From: Octopus vulgaris
Lineage: Eukaryota
Direction: 5' to 3'
Assembly (NCBI GenBank): GCA_951406725.2
Contig: OX597832.1
Location: forward strand, 10,354,001 to 10,418,000
Length of the DNA: 64,000 bases
This document shows, piece after piece, positions 1 through 12,425 of this stretch (position 1 is its first letter; each line of letters opens with the position of its first letter). The position numbers were made by a program, and so were the translations under genes. Below the pieces are notes generated by a model. It had not been told where the DNA came from and did no database searches. It was given only the letters and a program-made list of their open reading frames with translations.

Positions 1-328
1 ATTACACGTTTAAGAAACAAATGATTATACGCTTAAAAGACGTTGTCAGAAAAGTGCTTTACTAAATATCGCAAATAATATATTTCTTCAAAACTTTACT
101 ATTTTAATAAACAAAATTATGGTTATATTTTATATCTTATATTGAAAAACGTATTAAAAGGAACACTAAACACGGAAGCAAATGGAACCCAGACGAAGAT
201 GGACGAAGATACTTAAATCACCTAGCATAGTTCTAATCATTTAAGATATATATATATATGTGTGTGTGTGTAATATATATATATATATATGTACATATAT
301 ATAAATATATGTATAAATAAATAAGTAA

Positions 329-400
<72 letters not shown>

Positions 401-402
<2 letters not shown>

Positions 403-460
403 TAAAGGCGATACCCCAGCATGGCCTCGGTTAAATGACTGAAACAAATAAAAGAATAAA
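401..460 (+). mobile_element. 3' fragment of SINE family A
   Basis: actaaaggcg...ccagcatggcc...aaatgactgaaacaa matches the 3' end of the full copy at 38812-39213. Confidence 0.75.
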
Positions 461-497
461 TGTAAATATATATCGAATCTATCTATATCTATCTATC

Positions 498-533
<36 letters not shown>

Positions 534-917
534 CACAAATATATATGTATAAATATATATGTGCACACACACACACACATATATATATAATTCTGTATAT
601 TATGTGTACATATATATCTATATATGCGTGAGTCGATATATGCGTGTATCTCTTCATGCATGTGTACGTGTGCACGTATGTCAGATATTTTATGTTTGGT
701 TTCGCGTCTGCCTTTACGTCCCTGTGTAGATGAATCAATAAATTTACTTCAATTGTAGATTCAACTACATACGATTACTTCTCGTTCTGATTATATTTAT
801 GAAACATTTATTGCTCGATTTCGGCACCCAGTTGATATTTGTAATGTCGTATTTAATGTCAGACATAACTTTGATACAATTACTCAGAAAATTGACACAA
901 ATACACACAAGCAAGCA

Positions 918-959
<42 letters not shown>

Positions 960-1058
960 ACACATACACACACATCAGAGAGCGCTCGAAGAAATATAGT
1001 ATAGAAGATATAATTATATATCTCCCTTTCTCTCTCTCACTCTCATTATATATATATA

Positions 1059-1147
<89 letters not shown>

Positions 1148-1936
1148 GTTCTCTCTATCGCTCACTCTCTATATATGTATCTATCTGCCTATCTCTCTTT
1201 ATATACATAAATACACTCACATATTTTGATATCTATGTTATGTGTATGTACATATGTTTGAATCACTTTCATATAACTACACAACACACACATTTTCAAT
1301 GATTTACTGTAGGCGATTTTTACGTTATTAGCAACAACGTGAGTGGCCGCTTTGATCGTTCGTTTTGTATTCTGTTAAACATCATGTTCAAGATTTACCA
1401 TCACCGTCACCGTAGAGCAAATTATGTATTCGGTCTTTACTCTCCTGTTTTCTGATCAAAACCTTGCAAGTACATCCCTTAAGGTGAAGGAAGATGCATT
1501 AGTGAGTTTTCAAAAAGTGAGCTAATGTCATTTTGCAGACCCAAAGGACAAAATGGTTACTATTAGAAATATTCTTCAATTGAATGCCTTTAAATTTATG
1601 CGTTCCATGTTGATACCGCTGAAGATACTTAAATTAGTACCAAAGCCGTTCAATATCGAATTGATCACTCGAAGCCTACACATCATTAATGGGAATGAAT
1701 ATATATATGTATATACAATTATATGTACGTAGGTATTCATGTGATTTCGTGTGTACTTTTGCATTTGTGGTGTTCAATCAATATGTGCATGGGGGTGTTT
1801 GTATATATATATATCTATATATATATATATGTATGTATGGATAGGCTTATATGCATATACATACATATATATCTATCCATAGATACATACCTATTTATAT
1901 GTGTGTATTTATACGTATACATTTATACAAACACGT

Positions 1937-2013
<77 letters not shown>

Positions 2014-2029
2014 TGTGTGTGTTTGTATT

Positions 2030-2060
<31 letters not shown>

Positions 2061-2081
2061 GAGTGTGTGTGTGTTTGTATT

Positions 2082-2142
<61 letters not shown>

Positions 2143-2227
2143 AGAATTTACAAAAAAAGCAAACGACAAAGACGGGTGTGTAAACAACACCTGAAGTCAA
2201 AATGTCGATTATGATTTATGTATGGCG

Positions 2228-2390
2228 TTACTCAGGAACTCGCTTAATATTACGACTGCCTGCCTGGAGGGCGGTGAGGATTTTATTTCCGCGAAGGTCG
2301 ATTTCTTCCCGGCCTGATGATTTAAATACCAGTCGAGCACTGGTTTCACTGTTATAAGTACGTGTTGAGCACTGGTCTGTATGTAAACAA
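2228..2390 (+). mobile_element. Diverged copy of SINE family B
   Basis: Reverse complement accagtgctcgactggtattt...tcgaccttcgcggaaat aligns loosely with cccagtgcgtaactggtactt...gtcgacctcggcggaatt at 43644-43715. Confidence 0.45.
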
Positions 2391-5300
2391 CTTGCCCTCT
2401 CATCTGAAATGTGCCGGTTCGGTGCCAAAATTTGAAACCAAGTTTGCAAGATGCAATAATTTCTTAAATATGTTTCATTAGACAACGTTCAGTGGTCAAA
2501 TTTCCATATATTATATATCAGTGCGCCTATGTATATATAAATACATACAGGTGTTTGGGTATATGTGTACTTATCTTCGCATATATTCGAATACGCATGT
2601 TTCTAAGTTTTTATGTTCTCATATATATATATCCAAGAAGCCACGTGCTTCGACTGAATGTTACAATGTTTCTGATTTCAGATTTTATCGCTTTAAATAT
2701 TTTCTCATTTGTGGAAATTATTTAATTTTGTGTGCATGTAGAATTATCCAGAATTCGTACGTAGGATAGAATTTGTCTAGAAATACCATTCTTAAAACGT
2801 TACTTACTGGAAATGTTTTAAGTTTTTAAAATTAAAATTTTGCTTTGAGGTAGTAAATAACGTTTTCCCTTTTGTTTTAATTTTGTATCTCCGGAAAACA
2901 ATTATGCCAATAATAAACTCTCGCATGATTTCTCCTTCACTTCCGTATCTATAATCTGTTGTGAATTATTTAACAAATTATTATATAATCGATTGATTCT
3001 CCGAATGGGTAACGATTTAACCAATTGGCGAATAATAAAGACGTGAAATAGAACCAGAGTGTGAGTTCATTATTTGTATTATGGCCTTCAGGCAGTACAG
3101 CAACATTTTTTTTCAACACAGGAGGTTATTTGAAGAATCTTCGAAAGCGAAATAAAATGGCATAAGCATTGCTGTGGTATCGGTTGTATGTACATTTCTA
3201 CGTTTATTAATCCAGGTATATTCGTAATAATGTTCAGGAATTCCTGTTCTAATTGAAAGAAATATATATTTTCAGTCATGTGTAACATTTTATTGAGTAT
3301 TCTTCTGATCATAAAAAGGACTTGCATCTTCCCAAGAGTTGCCATACAGTACAAAATAATAGGCAATATGAATTTAATCGTTTTAAATGAAGCAAATTGA
3401 ATTCTTGTATTATCTATGCATCAGTCACTTAAGCGTGGCTAAATCAGTGTTGTAATGGCATCTGTGTATATATATATGGTCAATCTGTATTAAAGAACGT
3501 TCGTGTTCTTTAAAGCATTCAACCCAGAAATTTTATATGAAGGTAATTTCTTGTTGTTACTTCAGCTTTCCTCGAAATTCTGGAAACTTACTTTCTCAGA
3601 CTAAAATATTGAGAAATAATTCGACAGTGACGATTTTTAAAATGTTCGAATTAAAATGAATCTGTTACAAGAGGGCTATGTAAAACCCGACACCTTTCTG
3701 TCTAAAACATTCTCACGTTACGAGTTGCACCTCGCAAATTATGTATAGTAAAGAAGCCGAATTCAATATTTCCTACGTTCCCTTCAAAGAAAATTTTGGG
3801 TATTTACAAATTGGTTGCCTCTTCTGAATATTTGCGAAGAAGCGAATATAGTTGATTTTCCTCCAGGTTGAAAACCATTTTGAGCACCCTCATCTGAAAT
3901 ATCATCTGTATTTTATTGTTCCAACTATATAAATCGACACTTTGTATTTTCAATTCAAAACAGTAAATAAATTTCTCTCCTTGGCATTTTTCTTAATAGA
4001 GTGATTACGTTACTTGGCATGATATTTTATGAGATGAGTAATTATAACACCCCTCATAAGATAATATTCAATACCACAAACAAAATTGATTAAAGATAGA
4101 TAAGTTTGACAATTCCAGCAATTTAAATCGAGTTCTATTAAACTTATGTTTCCGCACAAATTATATCAATTAAAGGTCTGCATTGATCGACTAAACGCTT
4201 TCATTATTTCCAACGAGAATATCTGAAACGGAGAGAACAGACGAATAAATACATCTATTTCTTTATTTGATTTTACTCTATATAAAAAAAATAGCAGTGG
4301 CATTTAAGTGCAAAAAGAACCGAAGATTAATCGAACTTAGGATGTTATTCTCTTTAATATTTGAAATGTAAATCAGTTATTATAAAAGGAGTGAATATGA
4401 AATTGTCGAAAATCATGTGAATAAATTTCAAATATTAAAATACGTAAAAAATATCGCAACACTGCGAGCAATAAGAAACTTATCAAATGATTCTAACAGG
4501 TAAGCGACATTTTAGGAGCATTTTTTCTAAACTGTTGAAGTAACAGACTAGGCTGTTTATGAGTTCATCAGTTATTTTCCGGTTTTAAATTCCGGCTTTA
4601 AATAGTCCTCTGACTATTTCATGTAATTTACATTATGTCGAGAAATATATTTATATACATTATATGGGCACATATATGAATGTCTTTTAGTGTGTGTGTA
4701 TTTTTCACTTCTAAAATTTTCATTGCTTTTGAAAGCTTGTCAAAGGATGTCAGCATCCCTTGAGAAGGTTGCAAAAGCAACGAAAATTTTGTGAAAGAAA
4801 AAATGTAAATAATAAATGAGTGGAAATTGAACCGATGAGCATTTTAGATATTTAGGCAGTATAACTCTCCCATGACACCAGAAAATTTGTTCCAGCTCAA
4901 GCAGTAACATAAAGAATATTGTAAACCAGATACACAAACGAAGTGTACTTGCTTTGATTTATTGAAATAGAAAAGACACATGCATTTTTGCTCCGATGAT
5001 AAAATTATGAGAAGTTCGGATAGCTTTATGATCGCAATGATAGCCCAGTCTATAGATCGGCGTTAAACCATTACTCAAAAATGTTAGAAGTTTAAGTGCT
5101 AACAATCGCAGTCGAAAATCATTGTGACCCATGTAACATGGCATTTGTGCTTGTTTTCAAATGTCACTATTCTTAGAAGGGTGATTTTAAAACGGTTAGA
5201 GAAATCATTGAGGGGAAATAACAAACTACAAACATCTGAAATTATTTACCGTTCTTCATTATAATATTGAAATATATTCATTTTTCAACAATTCAGACAA

Positions 5301-5879
5301 ACAGCATATTGGATTAATCCCTTCAACGTACGGCTCATAAGTGGCACACTAAAATTTATCTATGAACAGTTAATGACACACATGGAGCCAATGTTGTAAT
5401 GAAACAGATGGGTGTAATACTCTCTAAAATGGTGGATACAACAGATAATTTTAAATTCGTTTCAACAATTGTACAAATGCAAGGTTTTTACTGGAATCTT
5501 AGTCGAGTACTACATTTGTATAGTGGAAGTGTTATTCTATCTCTGTGGATCTTAGTACTAAGTCAATACACTCGCAACATATACATACATATATGCTTAC
5601 ATACATATATATACTATTTTATTAAAACTGCAAAACATTCACAAGACTACTAACAGAGCTTCACGTTTCCGTTCGCCGGACAATACTTGACTTGATCGCA
5701 ACCGTCCGAAGAGCGGACATGTGCAACTGAGTAACAGTCGTTTGATGTCTTGCAGCTTTAATAAACGAGCATTATACTCTACCTTTAGTATTCGAGTGCT
5801 ATTCTTCCATCTTATTTTGCATTTATGTGCCTGCTCGTGTATTAGCAAATGTGTATGTATATGCATATATGTATATATG

Positions 5880-5936
<57 letters not shown>

Positions 5937-6441
5937 CTAGCAGTATCGCCCGGCGTTGCTCGGGTTTGTAAGGGAAATAACTATATAAGCATTTTTAGAG
6001 AGTTACTTCCCTTATAAATTCGGGCTTTCTTAGCCATTTTTGTTTTGGTGTCTTCAAGCCATGAAGTCGTTGTTCTAAAAGAACGCTGGTTTCCTTCACA
6101 ACGCATTACGACGTTGATTTCTTTACACTCCCTTCCCCACAGCTTCACGCGAGAGGGAAGGGGGGAAGCAAACAGGTGCAGCTGTGAGCGTAGACGCCAA
6201 CTCCGCCGCCATCGACATACGATGCATTTTATGCATTAAAATGGAATAAAAAATGATGTTAAATTATTTTTAAAATCGTAGACTCATCGTTGACGCGCGC
6301 TAATAGTCAGACGGGCTCGATATGAATCACGACTATAAGATACCCGAATTTGGTTAAACTGCACCGCAAAATGTGGGAGGAGTTAGGAATCTAAATCGAA
6401 GGGAACAGACACTCACACAACTAGAGTTTTATATATATAGA
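5937..6441 (-). mobile_element. Non-autonomous Helitron
   Basis: On the minus strand it begins TC(tatatatataaaa) and ends with a subterminal GC hairpin cccgagcaacgccggg then CTAG; inserted between A and T with no TSD; sister copy at 50910-51194. Confidence 0.85.
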
Positions 6442-6442
6442 T

Positions 6443-6650
6443 TAATCCAAACAAGAAAGCACAAAAAAAAACACAACAACGCGAGGTCGTGGAACAAATC
6501 TAGTATTATTGGACGCTCAGGAAAGAAGGAAAGAAGGAGGGTTTAACGTTTCGAGCGGAGCTCTTCGTCGGAAACATAGGAAAAGGAAAGATCCAGAGAA
6601 GGGAAGACAGAGGGAAAAAATCGCCAACGGTTCAAACGAGGTCACATATA
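6443..6650 (-). mobile_element. Penelope-like terminal (pLTR-type) fragment carrying a hammerhead motif
   Basis: Shares layout and sequence (tatt..gacgctcaggaaag / acgtttcgagc..gctcttcg) with 47432-47610; contains the HHR-like motif at 6541-6575. Confidence 0.6.
6541..6575 (-). ncRNA. Minimal type-I hammerhead ribozyme-like motif (core variant CCGACGA)
   Basis: gttt-CCGACGA-a-gagc(tcc)gctc-GAAA-cg-TT-aaac: stem I gttt/aaac, stem II gagc/gctc, palindromic stem III ACGT; U4C variant and GUU triplet may reduce activity. Confidence 0.55.
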
Positions 6651-6845
6651 TTGAATCGGCTCTTCGATTTAAGGTTTTTTCTCGATTTTTTTTTATAATA
6701 GAATGAATTTATATTGAATTTTTTAAAAATTATTTTGTTTATCGGATGCTTAACACAGTCATTTGAAAGGAGCATTGAAAGAAATCCATTTTTAAAAGTG
6801 TATCCTTTAACTAACTTTGATGATATATTTCTGTTCTATTTTAAC

Positions 6846-6892
6846 AAAACTGCCCGACGAACGGGAACGTGAAACTCTGAGTAACAGCTTTT
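6846..6892 (+). ncRNA. Type-I hammerhead ribozyme-like motif (core variant CCGACGA)
   Basis: aaaactgc-CCGACGA-acg(ggaa)cgt-GAAA-ctctga-GTA-acagctttt: stem II with GNRA loop, self-complementary stem III actc/gagt, GUA triplet, imperfect stem I. Confidence 0.6.
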
Positions 6893-9078
6893 GTTATATT
6901 TCTGGTGGTATATTTCTGTGATATCAGAGCTGTTAATATTAACTAAATGAAAAAAGGAGACATTACAAAAATTATGGTGGTGCAATGTTATAAAATTTGT
7001 AAGGATGTTTGTATCGAAATTTAAATTGCTTAAAATTTAATCTAGTGAGGAAAGCAATATTACGTGTGGGTCGATCACGAATTTTAGGTTGTTTAAGAAA
7101 AATAATAAACAGCTTTATACCATTATATGTAAATGACTTATTCCAATATATGTATATTCCTGAAAATTTCATTATTCTCGCTTGAATTGAGTTAGGTGAT
7201 AATCTATCCTCAAGAGTTGGTGATTTTGCAAAGCATCAAAATATTCAGTGTTAACAAGAAGCAATATGCAGATTTAATTATATTTTCTATTTAAAGCAAA
7301 TTTCACCTATTCGATTTGGTTTCTTCTGCATTTCTTGAACTTCAAATGTATACTGAATTCAAAAGCTTGTTCTTTCATAGTCTATATAACATAGGATGCA
7401 TGGATAATTAAAACCTTATGTCATTTCAAATTTATTCGATTGTGTAATCTGAACAGTTATGAAAATATATGATTCTACCCGAATAAACGTATCAATATGA
7501 AAGAAAGTTCATCACAGTATAGAATCCAATTCTTTTAGTTAACAAAAACAAGAGCAGTACATGCTCCGTGATAACACCAACGGCTTTCATATTGTTCTGT
7601 AGTTATAAATATGTCAAATCAACGTTTCCCACACTCAGCAACCCTAATTGTACTGTCGACACTTGATTTTCAGATTTAGCGTTTAATAGGTATATAGTTG
7701 CATCGCTGGTTTGTAAATTTTATTTCTGGTTTTACATTGACCTTAGTTACATATTTTGTCTTACATTCTATTAAGCTGATGAGATATATGGGATAAATTA
7801 TGGAAAGCGGAACAAATCCTTGCTCAACTCAACATGTCAATGACTTGCATAATGTATACTACATTAATCTTGTATGATAATCAATCTAATTAACAAGCTT
7901 TTTAAATGGAATTTCAAACAATAATGTCTAATCAAATCAGTTAATATTTGTTAATATATCATTTTAATACTATAGCGTATTTAGAATGCACTGCAACATT
8001 AATTAATTGACACAAATTCGTATTAAGCCATAGGGTATACGTGAATATAACTTTCATATAAAATATGAATTGCAAAGAAATTTTGAATGGCTTAGCTTTG
8101 ACATTTACCGAAAAAATTCCAAAAGAGATGTCCAATTAATATTTTGTGCTGATAAAATATAAGCGAGGTGGACATTATTCATTTTAATGAATGGCATGAA
8201 ACGATTAACTGAGATGAAAATATTAAGGTTTCTGATGAAGAAGTTGATAAGGGAATATACGTCTGAATATCGTTTCGAATGTAATTAGGAAAGCTGTTAC
8301 ATGACAACCTCATTTTCAAATTTAGATTTATGATCTAATCGAAAAAAAAAACAAAAAACAAATGAATTCTTTATACGATGAAATTGAAAGCAAACATTCC
8401 TGACAGAAATATATGTCTTCCTCTGTGTGTGAGTGTGTGTGTGGCTGGCAGTCGATCTGTCTGCCTCAATATCTTTGTATGTGTTTATCTAGGAACATAT
8501 GTGAGTTAGTAGGCATCACACGGCTCGTATATACTTCATTATGACATAATTTCATGAACAAATCGTACTATATAGATTATATATTTTCTTTCATCGTGGT
8601 TTAAAACTGTATACAGCTACGAGTGGAGTATATCATACAAGTATTTTCTTTTAACTAAAATTTTAATTGGAGTTTAACTGAAATTTTGAGGAGAATGTTG
8701 TATATCATTTCCAGCACATGAGTTCACAAACAATAACCTACAAACGTTCGTACAAAAACATAAACTCGCACCCCACACATACATGCAGACACGCACGCAT
8801 GCTGGCACGACGCACAGATGTGTAATGTGTATGATGTTGCAAAAACCCAAATGACATTGTTGAATATCCAGTTTGTGTAAAGTATTATCGCACACGTTCT
8901 AGTATTTTGAGACCTGAGAAAACCTTGCGTTTGGGAAATTGTCTCGGAGTAAATTCCTGCTCATACCATCTTTGAAAATATATCGGGCTGCAAATGATAA
9001 ATCTGGCGTAGCTGATCTTGTGAAAGAACGAAGACACTTAAGTGATATATATATATTTAAGGTTAAAAATTTATTAAT

Positions 9079-9653
9079 TAATTAATCAATTAATTAACAA
9101 TTTTACCAAGTAGATCGGTACGTTAAAATAATCTTTATAAGTAAAGTTATAATTAGGGTTCACCTAACTGTTTCACCACATACCGAACTTAGAAAAAATG
9201 AGTTACAAATTCCTTTTCTACTACTATAAGAATCTCCATGGCAGTAAACATAATTTATTACGAAGGCAAAGAGCAAACCAATGAATCAATATGACCAGGA
9301 TTAATTATATACGCGTTTTGAGATTAAAGTAATTTAATTTTTACTACTCTCTTGAAAGTGCTATGGCTCAATATGCACACAATCGAGCGACATCATGTAA
9401 CAGATATCCAAACAACACTTCCAAAATTTACAGAGCCGAATGTAAATACACTATTGAAACTCCTTATCCACATGTATGCTACGAGCAATACCACAGAAAA
9501 CTGCAGTATTCTCTCATGGAGTAAATTATAATTTTAGATTAATAATAGAAGGATACAATTTATTAATTAAATTAATTAAGTAATTAATCAATTAATTAAA
9601 AGGTTTTACCAAGTAGATCGGTACGTTAAAATAACCTTTATAAGTAAAATTAT
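9079..9653. repeat. ~570-bp element bounded by ~75-bp direct repeats (tandem pLTR-like)
   Basis: ttttaccaagtagatcggtacgttaaaataa is identical at 9101 and 9604, with similar flanks; lies next to short TA runs. Confidence 0.7.
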
Positions 9654-9681
9654 CTATATAATTATAATTATAACACACACA

Positions 9682-9773
<92 letters not shown>

Positions 9774-9849
9774 TATATTTATACTTATATTTTTATTTTT
9801 ATTCTACGTTTCAGTCCAAGGACTGCGGCAATGCAGGGGCACTGCCATT

Positions 9850-10330
9850 TACTTTGCTACACTTTCACTAAACCTCCTGTGAAGTGTGCTATTTGGTGGA
9901 TGAGTGAGTTTGATGTCGCTGCCCTCATCCGTTTCTTGCCTTTAAGAGGGTTCATCTGGAACTCTTGGCAAGAGATTCAATTTTGTTTTGAAAAAGCCTT
10001 CATCCACGTCATGCATGACTTTGTGGGAGAAAAATAAAGAACTGTGTGCTTTTGAAGCCCAACCTTTTGCAGTAACTGGTTCTCTTTCCAATGGTAATGT
10101 AGGAGGATTTGGTACTATGCAGTGGGGCCATGTCTTGCTGTCTATGTAACTGACAATGCCGTATTTTAGCACAGGTTTGAATAGGATTTTCCAGATGTAT
10201 ATTACTACGTGTCTTTCCCGCCTTTACTCAAGGGTGTAGAATCTGAACTCTTTCAGTCTCTCCCAGTAACTGATGTGTTACTTTACATCAATCGTCTTCG
10301 TGGAGCTTTGCTGGATCACCTCGAGTTCCG
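9850..10330 (-). mobile_element. CR1/L2-clade LINE, degenerate 3' end of ORF2
   Basis: Minus-strand translation ELEVIQQ...SYWERLKEFRFYTLE*RRERHVVIYIWKIL...RVPDEP resembles the CR1-type post-RT domain (LSYWERLKxLxLYSLERRR). Confidence 0.8.
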
Positions 10331-10361
10331 TTGTGATTACACACAATACATGTTATTGTCA

Positions 10362-10412
10362 GCTACTAATACTTTCATAAGTTCGGAAATAGTTCAAACA
10401 TAATCATCAGGC
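10362..10412 (-). ncRNA. Degenerate hammerhead-like motif upstream of and antisense to a Penelope remnant
   Basis: gc-CTGATGA-ttatgtttg...ccgaacttat-GAAA-gtatta-GTA-gc: intact core boxes, imperfect stems. Confidence 0.4.
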
Positions 10413-10679
10413 ACAAACTGTATATCATAACGCACGGTAAATAGAATGAAAGACGGAACGCGAAAAGTTGAAAAGAAAGCATATAGAAAACGTGGAATGT
10501 TGAAAACGGAAAAGGATAATCGGTAAAAGAAAACGTGAAAACTAAAAGGTAAAAATGTAGGAGTTATCCTCCTGAGACTTTAAATCACAAAGCTGGAAAG
10601 ATATCAACAAGTTAATCAGGTGTAGGCGGAATTTTCCATGTGTTCAAATTGTATTTCGACATATTATTTTTATCATGGA

Positions 10680-11100
10680 TTACATTGCTAAGAACACAGC
10701 ACACCACCAAATAAATTCTTGAGAAAGTTGACGATCTCGTGAAACGGATAAGATGGAATACCTTATTTGTTGATTCCACATTCTGACCATCTTATACAGA
10801 AGGTTATTATTGAAAGACACATAAATACCCTCCTATATTTTAATAATTCGTTCTCTTTTAGTCAGACCTGCTTTAATTTAGTTACCAATCTTTAATTCCG
10901 TATGTACTATAACTTCTTTAAAACCAAAATGAAATCCGCTACTATAAACTTTAGAAGTTCGTATTTTCTGATAAGACTAATAATCTATATGAAGGTAGTA
11001 TTGATCTATATGAAAAGTTGCTAAAAGACATTATTTCCACTAAATATAAGAAAGCTTAAATACAGAGATACAATGATATTATTGATGAGGCTCAATTTCT
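10680..11100 (+). mobile_element. Penelope-like retroelement, degenerate N-terminal ORF region
   Basis: Broken reading gives ILEKVDDLVKRIRW, KTHKYPPIF and FVFSDKTNNLYE, typical of the PLE pre-RT region (KRMRWKA, ADKTxNxY). Confidence 0.6.
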
Positions 11101-11129
11101 CGATAAACGTAGTAATAACGACAATAGAT

Positions 11130-11723
11130 TAGACTGCTTAGCTAACCAACTGTGAAACATGACGGTATCTCTGTAATGGTATGGGGAGCTGTCTCTAGCA
11201 ATGGTCGTTCTCAGCTGATCGAAAGTGTTGGAACCATAAATTCTGAAAAATGCATCGAAATAACTTAGCAAGGACAACTTCTGATGTATCCACACTATAA
11301 CAACGAAAAATGAGTTTTTATTCATGGAAGATGGGGATTCGTGCCACACAGCGAAACGGAATCGACAATGGCTGACTGAAAATGGTATCAAAAAGCTTCG
11401 TTGGGCGAGCCAATCTCCTGAAATGAATCCAATTGAAAATATTTTGACATACTAGATAGAGCTATACGAAAATCTCGACAGAAACCTAAATCTAAAGATA
11501 AATTGTTTCGATTGTTGCGTGAAAAGTGGGCAGAAATTCCACAAGAGACAATCCCATCAGTTCAATGCCAAAAAGAGTTTCTGAATTAAAAACTGCAAAG
11601 GAAATGTCGACTAAATGCTGAAGTATGCAGTCCTTCTTATCGATTACATTCCAATTGTTCACTTTGCGTATTAAATAAAGGATTTTGAAAATTGAACGTG
11701 TCCATTTACTTCCTGCACGTCTG
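11130..11723 (+). mobile_element. Tc1-family (DD34E) transposon 3' remnant
   Basis: [17 protein letters not shown]...FMEDGDSCHTAK...WASQSPEMNPIEN; exactly 34 residues between the second D and the E; stops and frameshifts; ends in CTG. Confidence 0.9.
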
Positions 11724-12318
11724 TGTGTGTGTGTGTGCGTGTGTGTGTATACAGGGAGACACCAACACATACATACATTTTTGCACACACATTCATCTAT
11801 GTATATAGCTATAGATACATTGATATAATATATCCTTACTTGCTCCATATAGAATCATGATACAATTTTCGTTCCTTTTTCCTATTTATATATAATTACA
11901 AATTCTGAGAAGCCTTAATTTCATTTCTTGACTTTACTTCGTCTCTTTTTTAATGACGGCCATTGCAGTGTAGAATACAGATGATTATACCGCGTCAATT
12001 GAGGCATAGAATGGACGTCCATCGTTGTGAGACTTTACTTAATTTAGACCAGGGATTACATGGCTGAAAAATAAGCAGTAAGAGAAGATTTATGCTAACA
12101 AAACTTTATGAAGGACGACCGTCATTAATTATATTTTGGGAGTCGCTACATATGAAAAACACAAAATCTAACAATAAAATCAGCAAGGTATCGAAAGTTT
12201 GATGTATACCATGTGTAAAACTATGAATGGCGTAATTAAATGTCTTTACACGTGTAAAGCAAGCAAACACGTATACCCATGCAAACCTCCATACAAGTAT
12301 GCATACTTACATGCAATC

Positions 12319-12387
<69 letters not shown>

Positions 12388-12388
12388 C

Positions 12389-12425
<37 letters not shown>

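Noticed and set aside
2209-2485. Protein-like minus-strand ORFs, one with an LRR-like EEIDLRGNKI
   Set aside because: Nucleotide sequence aligns with SINE family B; a single LRR-like word is likely chance
4540-4580. Minus-strand CTGATGA next to a hairpin
   Set aside because: No GAAA box and no stem I complementarity
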